64,000 nt of DNA from positions 50,096,001 through 50,160,000 of the forward strand of contig OX597832.1 of the NCBI GenBank assembly GCA_951406725.2, written 5' to 3'. Below, one piece after another: positions 39,549 through 52,392 of this stretch (positions are counted from its first letter, which is position 1; the number at the start of each line of letters is the position of its first letter). Source of the stretch: Octopus vulgaris (Eukaryota). A program made the translations under genes and the position numbers. A model generated the notes under the pieces. It was not told the origin of the DNA, did not search any database, and saw only the letters and a list, made by a program, of their open reading frames with translations.

Positions 39549-39982
39549 ATCAGAAATGTAATCAGAGTTATATCAAGTGTTTGTTAGTAAGCCAGGTCAA
39601 ACAATTATTAAGCTCCACATGCATGACATATTAACATTTTGCCGAGTTTTCTTCTTGTATCCAACAAACGCATAACACATCTCTTGTAAAGAAATTGCTA
39701 ACATCTGTAACACACACACGCTGTGTCGATTAATACGAAAATTAATGCCATCGTTAGAATGCCACCAAAATAATGTGACTTTCGTTATCCTATCATTTAA
39801 TTTGTAAGAGTATTTAGAAATGTAGGTATTTTTGATTTTCTTTTTCTGTTCTTTTTTTTTTTTTTTTTTTTCCTTTCTATTAACTCTTTTCCTGTTGTAT
39901 GTGTGTTTCGACAATCTAATTGGTCTGAGATTGTGTGTTGGAGTTGTATTATGGAAGACTGATATTTGCTGTTTATTAAAGA

Positions 39983-40374
39983 CTAGCAGCATAGCCCGGC
40001 GTTGCCCGGGTATGTAAGAGCCCCTAATAGGCAACGACTAATCCCAATCTAGTCCTTTCCCTCTAGGGAACGAAGGCGCATGTGTAGGTTGCAATGTCTT
40101 CTCTTCACTCGAATACTTCTGTGTATACGATGTCCCTAGCTGTCGAGTTGTGTCCCCTAGACAGAAAATGTGTTGCATATAAAAAGCTTAGATTCTCGAC
40201 CCCATGTCGAATTTATCGATTTTTTTCAGAAGAACAAAATTTTCGCTGCGTTAGTTTTGAATTATGACATTGGGTTATGTGTGTGTCAAGTTTCATCAGA
40301 ATCGGTTGAAAGCCGTGGTCAGGGTGAGGGTACAACCTAACAGACACACAGACTGCCGTTTATATATAGAGAGA
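39983..40374 (-). mobile_element. Non-autonomous Helitron flanked by a 105-bp direct duplication
   Basis: Minus strand TC start, hairpin CCCGG-GCAACG-CCGGG, CTAG end, A|T junctions; 39878-39982 equals 40375-40479 with 2 mismatches. Confidence 0.85.
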
Positions 40375-40542
40375 TATTAACTCTTTTCCTGTTGTATGTA
40401 TGTTTTGACAATCTAATTGGTCTGAGATTGTGTGTTGGAGTTGTATTATGGAAGACTGATATTTGCTGTTTATTAAAGATATACACACACACATACATAC
40501 ATACACACACAATTTTCATTTTTGTTATACTCTTTTTGTTAT

Positions 40543-41127
40543 ACTCTTTTGCTTGTTTCAGTCATTTGACTGCGGCCATGCTGGAGCACCGCCTTTAGTC
40601 GAGCAACTCGACCCCCGGGACTTATTCTTTTTGTAAGCCCAGTACTTATTCTATCGGTCTCTTTTGCCGAACCGCTAAGTGACGGGGACGTAAACACACC
40701 AGCATCGGTTGTCAAGCAATGCTAGGGGGACAAACACACACACATACAGTGACCTCGTGTGTACCGTTGGCGATTTTTTTCCCCCTGTCTTCCCTTCTCG
40801 GGATCTTTCCTTCTCCTATGTTTCCGACAAAGAGCTCCGCTCGAAACGTTAAACCCTCCTTCTTTCCTGAGCGTCCAATAATACTATATTTGTTCCACGT
40901 CCTTGCGTTGTTGTGTTTTTTTGTGTTTTCTTGTTTGGATTAACCATATATATATACATATATATGACAGGCTTCTTTCAGTTTCCATCTACCAAATCCA
41001 CTCACAAGGCATTGGTCGGCCCGGGGCTATAGCAGAAGATACTTGCCCAAGATGCCACGCAGTGGGACTGAACCCGGAACCATGTGGTTGGTTAGCAAGC
41101 TACTTACCACACAGCCTCTCCTGCACC
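40543..41127 (-). mobile_element. SINE family A with a Penelope-like hammerhead fragment (~40749-40945) inserted in its microsatellite
   Basis: Both SINE halves present; insert homologous to 58305-58497. Confidence 0.85.
40820..40854 (+). ncRNA. Minimal hammerhead ribozyme (U4C family; this copy also has G8A)
   Basis: GTTT-CCGACAA-A-GAGC-TCC-GCTC-GAAA-CG-TT-AAAC. Confidence 0.55.
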
Positions 41128-41930
41128 TATTATATTTATTTATTTTTTTTTATCTTAATAGTTAATAGGCTAAATGTCTTCCATGCTACATCTTTGGCTT
41201 GCTCACTGAGATAATACAAGAGGGAAAAAATAAAGAAAGAAAGAAAGGAAGCAGCAGAGAGAGTGATTGATAAGAACGCTTTGCCACCTACATTCATGTG
41301 ATTGTACAACTACATCGGCTTAGGTTAAATCAAATGTTTCCACATGTTGAAAGAAAGAAAAAAAAAGAACAAAAATAAAGAAAAAAAGGGGGAAAAAAAA
41401 ATACAAATAGATTGCAAGTCAATATTTAATTTATTTTTTAAAAAATCTTGTTATGTTATGCTTCAATTATCATTGTGAGATAATTGAAGCATAAGGTAAA
41501 TAACAAAATAAATAAATAATAAATTATTTGATTTCTTAGAGAAGCAAACCTTAAATTAAATTTTAAAAGAGAAGGCAGGAAAAAAAAAAATGTACTTGTT
41601 GATAAATGTTGGGAGTCTTTTTTTCTCTGTATCTTTAAAAAAAAAAAAAAGACAACTTTTTTTTTGTCGTTGCCAAGAAAGCTATAGATCTTAGAACAAG
41701 ACAAGTGTAATAACCCTAACCCTTTGTTCTATAGGTACAAGGCCTGGAATTATGGGGAAGGATCTAATTGATTACATCGAACCCCCCCCAGTATTTAACT
41801 GGTACTTATTCTATTGACTCCAAAAGGACTGAAAGGCCCTCAATGGAATTTGAAGTCAGAACGCAAAGATGGATAAAATGCTGCTAACCATTTTGTCTGG
41901 CATGCTAACAATCCTGCCTGCTCTTCTCTT

Positions 41931-42137
41931 TCTCGTTTACTTGTTTCAGTCATTTGACTGCGGCCATGCTGGAGCACCACCTTTAATCGAGCAACTCGAC
42001 CCAGGGACTTATTCTTTTGTAAGCCCAGTACTTATTTTCTATCGGTCTCTTTTGCCGAACCGCTAAGTAACGGGGACATAAACACACCAGCATCGGTTGT
42101 CAAGCAATGCTAGGGGGACAAACACAGACACACATAC

Positions 42138-42189
<52 letters not shown>

Positions 42190-42327
42190 CAGGCTTCTTT
42201 CAGTTTCCGTCTACCAAATCCACTCACAAGGCCGAAGCTATAGTAGAAGACACTTTCCCAAGGTGCCATGCAGTGGGACTGAACCCGGAACCATGTGGTC
42301 GGTAAACAAGCTACTTACCACACAACC
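41931..42327 (-). mobile_element. SINE family A
   Basis: Reverse complement of family A. Confidence 0.85.
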
Positions 42328-42583
42328 ATTTAGAAAAACTAGTTGGGAAGCATGTCGTACTGTGTATGATGTGATACATATCTGTTGGTTATGTGCGCTG
42401 TTCAATTTAACAAGGCCTGCAGTTTGACATGGGAGCTGAATATGATCTCTAAATATGGTTCCCTAAAGCTAAAGGACTTCATATGACTGCAGCATTACTT
42501 GGATGACAATTCTGTACAAGGAAACTTTCAATAAAGGGATCGAATTAATAACATACTAAACGTGTCATTGTGATATCCCTTAA

Positions 42584-42803
42584 CCCTTTAGCATTTGAAC
42601 TGGCCATATCCGGCCCAGATATTCTACCTGTTTTATGTTCAAGCTGACCAAGTCCAGCCTTTCACACATACCCTACAATATCACTTTAAAAATAAACAAT
42701 CACATCATCGAAATCTCAAAACTACAAGATAATGTGTGATTAACTCAAAACAATGTTGATAAATAAGCATTACATTTTATGAAGTAATCTCAATGCTAAA
42801 GAG
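42584..42803. mobile_element. piggyBac-like MITE
   Basis: TTAA|CCCTTTAGCATT ... AATGCTAAAGAG|TTAA. Confidence 0.8.
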
Positions 42804-42954
42804 TTAAAAAATTGCAGAAGTTTCTCATGGAAGTTAAGAAATACGAAATACATATTCATTTGGAGAATGGACTTTCTGGCACACAGCTGTTTACATATAT
42901 TCATGTTGTTTGTTTTTTCAATGGGTCCCCACCAGCTCTGTTTCTGTCTGTGCT

Positions 42955-43038
42955 CACTAACCCCCCTCCACACAGGTGAGAGAGTGACTTTGAACAAACG
43001 ATAAGCTCTTGGGGAATTTAGTCTATGACCAGGTTTGA
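42955..43038 (+). promoter_or_regulatory. Candidate recursive splice site and RS-exon (42976-43032)
   Basis: CACTAAC branch, pyrimidine tract, CACAG|GTGAGA; alternative donor CAG|GTTTGA at 43033; stops in all 3 frames. Confidence 0.4.
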
Positions 43039-43785
43039 TTCCTAGTTGCAGGAAACTTTTTTTTTTTTATTTGTGCTGCTAATGGACCGTGAGGAATATA
43101 ACAATGGCACTGTTTCCAGTTCAGTTAATCAAGCAAATCATCTTTTGATGGATGAAAAGGCCTGCAAATAATTCTATACATCATTCTGGTTGGGTTGAAA
43201 ATATTTTATCGTACACATGCACACATGCACATGCACATGCTTAGGACACACTTGCTTGCACTAAATCATTCCCATCATTCATTTATTTCTCTGACAAAGT
43301 GGGTTGGATGGGTCTGCAATGAAGCTTGTTCACTTGATTTCAGTTAATTCTTCGTAACCTCACATACTTGAATGACTTTTGTACAATAACTATTTTGCAT
43401 TTGTACCAAATTATACTTGTATCTTTTGCTTGTAATATTTGTATGCATATACGGTACTGTGCAAAAGTCTTCAGCCACTTTAAACTATTTGTAAATTACT
43501 AATTGCCAACTTATAAGTGGATGTTTCGTATTGCGTTTTTTACAGATGAAACATTAGCCCTGTTGGAATCATTTCCATACCTAATCATCATATTTTGTAG
43601 TAGGAGTTCTGAATGGGAGGGGAAGATGCAAGACAACCACCAAAAATGGCTGTGCAAAAGTTTTCGGCCACCTTACATAAAACAATCAAGATACAGTGTT
43701 TTAAAACAGAAAAGTGTCTAAAATGAAAATCTATTACATAATGTTCATTTCAAGAAGTTTTATTTGAAGATTTCTTGTCAATAGA

Positions 43786-43835
43786 GAAAGATCTGGTTTC
43801 TAACCTAGAGCTAAGGTTCCTTCATTGTAATGTCA
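43786..43835 (-). ncRNA. Degenerate hammerhead-like pLTR motif
   Basis: ATGAAGG-AACCT-TAGCTCT-AGGTT-A-GAAA-CCAGA-TC-TTTC; stem II clear, core altered. Confidence 0.3.
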
Positions 43836-44004
43836 ACAACATCAACAGGGTATTTTTGTATGTATATATGCATGTATGTATACATGCAGATTTGTATTTT
43901 TTGTCTTATGTATGCATTCTCATGCATACACATGCATATCTAGACATGCTTATATATACTTAAATGATAAACTTCTGGAAAAGTTTACAGATTTTTACAG
44001 CTTT

Positions 44005-44035
<31 letters not shown>

Positions 44036-44336
44036 CATATATATTTATTTATATGTAATAAATGTACTTATGTATCTAGCTCTCTATACGTATGTATATA
44101 GATATATGTAGTGTATGTATGTATATATATATATATATATACCACACAGCCACACACACACACATAGATACAATCATCGTCATCATTTAATGTCTGTTGT
44201 TCATACAGGCATGGGTTGGACAGTTTGACCAGGGCTGACAAGCTGGAAGGCCTGCACCAGACTCCAGTTTGATTTAGCATGGTTTCTATGACTGCATGCC
44301 CTTCTTGATGCCAACCACTCCAAGAATATAATGGTA

Positions 44337-44378
<42 letters not shown>

Positions 44379-44690
44379 GATAGATAGATGCACATATATA
44401 GAGATACATAAATACATACATATATGCATGCATACACACACACACATATATGTATATATACGTATATTTATGTATGTGTATGCGATTGTTGCTGTCATGC
44501 AAGTAGCTCCCTTTGTTTCCAATCTTCTGTAAAATCATGTCTAGCCATCGGGAAATATTAATTGGAAACCAGTGAAGGTTGGCAAAAGAACATCCACCAC
44601 TATGAATTCTGTGTGACCCATGCGAACCAGGAAAAGTGGACACTAAAATGCTGCTGTGGCTGCTGCTACTGATATTTTATTTAATTGTAG

Positions 44691-44887
44691 ATATTGCTTT
44701 TGCAACCAGCTTGGGAGGCATTACACACACTGCACACAAAATAAATTGATGTTTATATCTTCTTGGTGGTGCAGTTTGTTCAGTTGTTCTGGAAACATGT
44801 TTTCGAATAAGAATTCAATATTCTCTGATAAGCATGAGAGAATGCCATCATATCAGCTTTAAATTAGTCGGCTGTCGAAAGACAAGA
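44691..44887 (+). other. Candidate exon with possible start ATG at 44834 (MRECHHISFKLVGCRKTR, phase 0)
   Basis: ACTGAT branch, TTTTATTTAATTGTAG acceptor, AGA|GTAAGT donor. Confidence 0.4.
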
Positions 44888-45117
44888 GTAAGTAAAACAT
44901 ACAAGGAACTACAGCAGAATAAATTTTCTTTTTATTGTTACGTCCTGGCACATGTTTTGACATTTGGGTTGATAAAGCTTAGCAGTTAAATGCAGAAGGT
45001 AGAATAAATAGCATAAATAAGCTGTTAGATTTTGAAACTAGCAAGCAGAGCAGTTGATCAGTCTGCTAGAAATAGTAGGCAGATCTCCCTTGAGTTACAT
45101 ACATCCTACTGTCTTAA

Positions 45118-45338
45118 CCCTTTAGTGTTCGCATTATTCTGCCAAAATTAAAGCTTTTTCATCCACTTTGTTTTGAACTAATCATGCATTATCTTGTAGC
45201 TATGAGATTTTGATGAGGTAGCTGTTAATTTTTAAAACGACATTGTAGGGTTGGTGTGAGAGACCAGATCTGGCCAGTTTGAACATAAAACAGGCAGAAT
45301 GCTTGTGGCTGGATATGGCTGGTTTAAATACTAAAGGG
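45118..45338. mobile_element. piggyBac-like MITE (opposite orientation to 42584)
   Basis: TTAA|CCCTTTAGT ... ACTAAAGGG|TTAA. Confidence 0.8.
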
Positions 45339-46937
45339 TTAAGAAAAAACAGCAAAGAAGTGATTTGTTTGATAATGTAGGCTTATATATATATCGGAGA
45401 AAAACCTATTTCGTCTTGGTTGGATCATCTTTGATCAGAGGTCTCTGCTTGATTGGAGTTGGTTTGGAATTAAAAAGCACAAAAAGTAATTTAAACAGAA
45501 CAAACAAGCATTGCCTTGAGCTCACAGTTTCCTGAGCTTATGCAATTTTCTGAGGTGTTTAGGTGATTGAGAGTTCAAATCTTCTTCAGTGGACAGGGTG
45601 ATAATTCATCATATGGTTAACATTCAGCTGTTGTTGGTACATATTTTCATTTTAGTGGACTGGACCAACGTGAAATGAAATATTTTGCTTAAAGATAGAA
45701 CACGCTGCCTAGTGCAAGGATTGAACTCATGATCTATGGATTGTGAATCCAATATCACAGCCAAAAGCCCACGTGCCTTCACAAGAGTTATAAGCAATTA
45801 CAAAATTACATGTTAAATTGAATCAATTGCTCTCTGTGGCTTTCCAGTTGATTAATTGATTGTTTGATTGTTCAGAATATGTAGAGTGCTAAGATAAAAG
45901 CTGTTTCCAGACTGGCTTATTTTTAAGGACTGATGTCTCAGTCCCGAGTACAATAAAATGATATGTACACATAATTTTATCACATTTCCGCATAATTCTA
46001 GATCACAGCCTTAATAGATCTTTGTTATATATTACAAGGGTAAATGAATGCAGAGAACATTTCTCTAATCATCCAAGTTCACATAGACATTTGGAACTAC
46101 CTCTGAGAAAATCTAGCGCCAGTTAACGCTAATACAAGACAAGCTAGACCTAATCAATGTTATTCTCGATACTGCCAAATTTATTACTGCCAATGTAGCG
46201 TTAAATTCTTCTGAAAGAATTCTTAAATTGCTGTCTTTCCAAACTGCAAACAGAACTTAATCAGCAGTCAGTTGAACAATTCTTCACAGTCACTGAGTTT
46301 TACTTTACAGCTAGTCACATGATTAAGTATATTTATTAGACACACCTGAAGTTTTCAAGATCTCTCACAGAAGCAATTATTCAGTCCACTTTCATACTGT
46401 ATGAGTCAGTGAAGGAAGCTTCTATACAGTTCTTAAACCTACTAGACAAAGCAGCTAAATTTCCTTCAAGTCACATGTCCTACTATCTTGTACTGAACTA
46501 TGGCCATGTTGGGGTACTGCCTTGAAGGGGTTTTAGTCAGACAAGTGGACCCCAGTATATATTTCTAAAGTCTGGTACTTACTCTTTCGGATTCTGATTT
46601 GGTTTGTACCCCAGTCTGTATTATTATTTGTAAAACTTGGTACTTTTGCTATTGGTTCCTTTTGCCAAAACGGCTAAGTTACGAGGATATAAACACACCA
46701 GCACCGGTTGTTAAATGGTGGTAGGGAACAAACACATATACAAAGACATACACACATAGATATACAAAGCCCCCGTGTAGTGCCACATTAAACCACCCAG
46801 GACACACTGTAAAGTGGTTGGCATTACGAAGGGCATCCAGCTGAGGAAACCATGCCAAATCAGACTGGAGTCTGGTGCAGCTCCCTGGTCATCATGGACA
46901 TCAGACTAAATGATGAAGATATATACGTGTGTGTGTG

Positions 46938-46978
<41 letters not shown>

Positions 46979-47014
46979 CTGTAAAATAATATGTGACAAT
47001 TATTCGGCAGCCAA

Positions 47015-47075
47015 GATAAAACTCTGAGTTTCGGATGCCGAGGTGGAAATCCACACCACCATCTCTTCGGTTATC
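47015..47075 (-). ncRNA. Hammerhead ribozyme, U4C variant with extended stem II (antisense copy)
   Basis: Reverse complement of 47215-47275. Confidence 0.6.
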
Positions 47076-47173
47076 CGGCCAGATATTGTAACATATTATT
47101 TTACAGATAAATTTCCTCTATTTACATAATATTGAGGTCTCTTTCTTTCTTTTGCTATCTTACCGTTTTTACC

Positions 47174-47207
<34 letters not shown>

Positions 47208-47214
47208 GTGTGCA

Positions 47215-47275
47215 GATAACCGAAGAGATGGTGGTGTGGATTTCCACCTCGGCATCCGAAACTCAGAGTTTTATC
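47215..47275 (+). ncRNA. Hammerhead ribozyme, U4C variant with extended stem II
   Basis: GATAA-CCGAAGA-GATG...CATC-C-GAAA-CTCAGAG-TT-TTATC; 5-bp stem I. Confidence 0.6.
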
Positions 47276-47379
47276 TTGACTATTGAATAATTGTCACATA
47301 TTATTTTACAGATAAAATTCCTCTATTTACATAATATTGAGGTCTCTTTCTTTCTTTTGTTATCTTACCATCTTTACCA

Positions 47380-47428
<49 letters not shown>

Positions 47429-48999
47429 ACAGGCTTGTTTTAGTTTCTGTCTACCAAATCCATTCACCAAATCCAAGCTTTGGTTGGCCCGAGGCTATAG
47501 TAGAAGACACTTACCCAAGGTGCCACACAGTGGGATTGAACCCGGAACCATGTGGTTGGGAAGCAAACTTCTTACCACACAGCCATGCCTATACATATCT
47601 GATGGGCTTATTTTAGTTTCTGTCTCCCTAATCCGCTCACAAGGTCTTGGTCAGCCTGGGGCTATAGTAGTGCCATGCAGTGGAACTGAACCCCTGGTCA
47701 CATGGTTAGGAAGCAAACTTCTCACCCACACAACCTTGACTGCACCTCTTATTTATTTAATATTTTTTAGTGAAAAATACAATTTTCTTGTTTTATGCCC
47801 TGCATCGCTCTTTAATTAGTCTCAACAGAATAATTTGTTCTAAGATGACAGCATGGTTGATACCCGGCTCTGTCGTGTATAGGTGAGTGTGTAGGTGTGT
47901 GTTTGTGCCATAACTTTTTTACATGTGCTTAGGAGGTATATGGGTAGGCACAATCTGTGTAATAAATGTGTTGAGGGTATGTGCGTATACTGTCTGGTTG
48001 GTTGTGTGTATGTGTCTTTAAATGTGTATACATGCATGCATAATTTTGACTTGTGCTTCAAGGTATGTGTATAATTGCTTGCAACTGTGTGTGCATATGT
48101 TCGTTAGAGTTTGTAAGCTTGTAGATGATTGGATGTATGTGTATATGCATATTTGTGGTATGCATGTGTGAGTGTGTATATTATTGTGTGTGTGTATTTG
48201 TGTGTTTGTGTGTGAAGAGTTCACCAAATACTTAAAGATCAAATGACTAAAAATATCAAATTTCCTCTTGTTATGAAATTTGATTAACGAGATAGTTTCA
48301 ACGATAATAATTCTGATTGTTTTTTTTATTATTATTTTTATTGCTATTGTTGTTGTTGTTTTGAAGATGTTATTGCATCGACTATGTATTTCCATATACT
48401 TTTTTTTTTTGTTTTTAAAATTCATTTTACTGCACTAAATTACTCTCCACCATTAGTAGATCAGCAGTCAGTTGTGAGAGGAGATGAAATAAAGAACTCT
48501 ACAGAACTATCCAAATATCTTCCCAACAATACCCTTGGCCTTTTCAGCTACAAATACATATTATATTCCACTGCAGGCAGTTTTATATGTATTTTTTTTT
48601 GATTTTTAAAATATTTATTTAGTTATTTATTATCATTATTACTATTTTGCTCTGAATATGACAATTAAATATTCTTGCTTCAGTTTACCTAGTTGGAGAG
48701 AATAGCTAGCTGCCAGGAGAGTTTTCAGAAAGAGAAGGAGAAAAACTAACTCTGTGAGACTAAAACATATCCAAGACAAAATACCATCATCATCATTATA
48801 TATAGAAATACTAAATTAATCCCAGGACTTAACTGGTATGAAACTTTATTGACCCCCAGAAGGATTAAAGACTGTGTTGAACTTGGCAGGATTTGAACTC
48901 AGAATGTAAAGTTGCAGGCATAGATGTGTGGTCAAGAAGTTTGCTTTGCAACCATGTGGTTTCAGGTTCAGCCCCCACCATGTAGCACCTTGGGCAAAT

Positions 49000-49283
49000 A
49001 TATGGGAAACTACCACCTGTGTCATCTTTTGTGAAAGGTAGGAGAATCCAGTTTGCTGGACATTGTTGTAGAGCTGAAAACGAGGTAATTTCTACTCATC
49101 TCCTCTGGAAGCCATCTACTCGCGATACCAGAGGGCGCACACTCTCCTACCCTGATGTAATCTTCAGGGATACAGGCATCCAGCAACAGGACCTCCGTAA
49201 TGCTATGATGGACAGTGAAGTCTGGCGTAGCATAGTAAATTCCATTGTCTCGACCACGGTCGAACAATGATGATGATGATGAT
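49000..49283 (+). mobile_element. 5'-truncated RTE-type LINE 3' end inserted in a SINE A head
   Basis: RRIQFAGHCCR..LLWKP..RGR..YPD..RDTG..AMMD..WRSIV resembles the RTE ORF C-terminus; (GAT)n tail; TSD TGGGCAA. Confidence 0.8.
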
Positions 49284-49521
49284 GGGCAAGTGTCTTATAC
49301 TATATAGCATCAGACCAGCTAAAGCCTTGTTAGTGAGTTTAATAGATGGAAACTTGAGTCTTTGGTGTTCGTCACTGGAACTGGGAATAGCTTCAACATG
49401 CTGCAGAATCAGCTACCGACAGACGCGTGTGGACTGCCTTGACCCATGGCACGATGAACTCAATAGGGGCCAGCTTAACACCTCACTTCCTGAGTGAATG
49501 CTGTTATAAGACAAGAAGACA

Positions 49522-49754
49522 AGGTGGCGAACTGGCAGAAATGTTAGCACACCGGGCGAAATGCTTAGCGGGATTTCGTCTGCTGTTACATTCTGAGTTC
49601 AAATTCTGCTGATGTTGACTTTGCCTTTTATCCTTTCGGGGTCAATAAATTAAGTACCAGCTGCACACTGGGGTCGATGTAATCGACTTAATCCCTTTGT
49701 CTGCCCTTGTTTGTTCCCTCTATGTTTAGCCCCTTGTTGGCAATAAAGAAATAA
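49522..49754 (+). mobile_element. SINE family B
   Basis: Full body. Confidence 0.85.
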
Positions 49755-49907
49755 GAAGACAAGACAAGGAAATTTGTCATACATACACATGTGTGCGTTT
49801 GTATTTGTTCCCTCCCTCAACTGCTTGACAACCAGTGTTGGTTTGTTTATATCTCTGTAACTTAGCAACACGGCAAAAGAGACTGATAGAATCAGTATCA
49901 GAGTTAA

Positions 49908-50545
49908 CCCTTTTAGCATTTAAACCAGTCATATTTCAGGCTCAGATATTCTGTCTGTTTTATGTTCAGACAAGCTAGATCAGGCCTCTCACACTTACTC
50001 TACAATGTCATTCTAAAAAATAAGCAATCTCATCATCAAAATTTCAAAGCTACAAGATAATGTATGACTAATTCAAAACTATGTGAATAAATAAGCATTA
50101 CATTTTTTAACTGGCACGTAAAAAGCACCATCCGATCGTAGCCATTGCCAGCCTCGCCTGGCCCCTGTGCCGGTCACACGTAAAAAGCACTATCTGATCA
50201 TGGTCGTTTGCCAGCATTGCCTGGCCCCTGTGCCGGTAGCACATAAAAAGCACCATCCGATCGTGGCCATTTGCCCCCCCCCCCCCCCTCGGTGCCAGTG
50301 GCACGTAAAAAGCACCATCCGATCGTGGCTGTCTGCCAGCCTCGTCTGGCACCTAAAAAGCACCCACTACACTCACCGAGTGGTTGGCGTTAGGAAAGGC
50401 ATCAAGCCGTAGAAACACTGCCAGATCAGACTGGAGCCTGGTGCAGTCTTCTGGCTTCCCAGACTCCAGTTGAACCGTCCAACCCATGCTAGCATGGAAA
50501 GCGGACGCTAAACGATTATGATGATGAATTTAAATGCTAAAGGGG
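49908..50545. mobile_element. piggyBac-like MITE inside a SINE A tail, carrying a nested family D element (50111-50526)
   Basis: TTAA|CCCTTTTAGCATTTAAA ... TTTAAATGCTAAAGGGG|TTAA. Confidence 0.8.
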
Positions 50546-51062
50546 TTAACAAAAAGGAAAGTACTGGGGTCGATTTCTTTCAAGGTAATGCCCCTTGAAA
50601 CAAATAAAAGAGGTAACTCAAAAACAGCACAGCCATCCGAGCTGTTGCTCTACTAGTTTTGTCAACACTCTCATTGACTCAGCATGTTGTGACTCGCTCG
50701 GATCCCTTATTTTCCCCTCCATAATTAGTGCTATTTTTTTTTAACTGTGTCTTCATCCTGCAAATGACTTCCAATATTTATTCCGCTCTCGCGCTTTACC
50801 ATTACCTACCCATGGTATTGAGCTATCCGTCTTTTAACATGCCAGAACTCTGGAACTTATTTTTCAAGATGACATTCTTGCACTTGCTAATTGGTGTGTC
50901 TTGCCACTTAGCTGCGAACTGTCAGTACCCATTGCAATTATTGATGTCAAACAGAATTGCGCTTCCTGAGTTTTACGAATAATTTTGGTTCTTACCGCCA
51001 CCAACCCTCACCTCCATCCCCAAAAAGTAAAAACAGAAGAAAGGTAATACAAGCAATAAAGC

Positions 51063-51108
<46 letters not shown>

Positions 51109-51498
51109 CTGTGTGTGTGTACGCACACACACACACATACACTTGTATGTAAATATATATATATATACATGTATATATATGTGTGTGTATATATATATAT
51201 ATATGTATATATATGTGTGTGTATATATATATATAAATGTTTGCGTATATATATATAAATACATATGTACATATATACATACACTCAGACACACACACAC
51301 ATACACACACACAGAAATGTACAAGTATAAAGAAGTATATGCTTACACACACAAGCATTTGTACATACATACATACATACATACATACATACATACATAC
51401 ATACATACATACATACGTACATATATGTATATATAAAACACATACACATGTGCACATGTGCATGATTAAATTTATGAGTGGGGAAAGGAAAAGTACAT

Positions 51499-51569
<71 letters not shown>

Positions 51570-52164
51570 GGGTTTATTCACCTATTTAGAACTTAGCCTA
51601 AAAAAAACATAGGGAGACAAAAAGTCATATAATACAAGGGAACAGAGGCAAGAAAGGAAAAGGGGTGGGAGTAGGTGGCAGGCAGATGTAAGGGAAGGAA
51701 AAAGGGAACCCAGTTCAATTTGTGACTTTATTTTTTTTTTTTTGTTTGTTTGTCTGTTTTTCGCTGCATATTAATTTGAGACAGAAAAGAGCAACAGGCC
51801 CTACTGTCAGGACTTGAAACCCCATAATTTTTAGTTGCTAGACAAGTGCCTTATTACTGATCACACAACACATCATCATCATCTTCTTCATCATCTCCAT
51901 CCTCTGTTGATGACTGTATTCCAGTTATTGTCCAGCATGGGTTGACTGGTTTTGCTGTATCTCCAGTGTCTGCTCTGGCATAGTTTCTACAGCTGGGTGC
52001 CTTTCTTAATGCCAAACCCTTTCCAGAGTGGACTGGGTACTTTTTCTTTTGTGGCACCAACTCTAGCCACATCATAAAATAACTCACAAGACAAGAGCCC
52101 TAGACAGAGAAGTGGGCAGCTTTGGGACAGGTGCCGGAACAAGTGTCTTGTAGAGAAGGTATGT

Positions 52165-52392
52165 GGCGAGCTGGCAGAAACGTTAGCATGCCGGGCAAAA
52201 TGCTTAGCGGTATTTCGTCTGCCGCTACGTTCTGAGTTCAAATTCCACCGAGGTCGACTTTGCCTTTCATCCTCTCGGGTTTGATAAATTAAGTACCAGT
52301 TACGCACTGGGGTCGATGTAAATGACTTAATCCGTTTGTCTGTCCTTATTTGTCCTCTCTGTGTTTAGCCCTTTGTTGGTAGTAAAGAAATA
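52165..52392 (+). mobile_element. SINE family B
   Basis: Full body. Confidence 0.85.

Larger units (their letters stand above)
46978..47381. mobile_element. Penelope-like inverted plus direct pLTR structure embedded in (TA)n/(CA)n
   Basis: 46978-47075 is the reverse complement of 47215-47312; ~47087-47176 is a direct copy of ~47292-47381. Confidence 0.75.

Noticed and set aside
39952-39973. miR-7-like sequence TGGAAGACTGATATTTGCTGTT (also at ~40449)
   Set aside because: Only the first 9 nt match exactly and no complementary arm exists to form a pre-miRNA hairpin
44834-44887. MREC start resembling alpha-tubulin
   Set aside because: The remaining residues do not match tubulin
46110-46260. 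Short protein-like open frame RQLTLIQDKLDLINVILDTAKF...
   Set aside because: No convincing splice sites or recognisable homology
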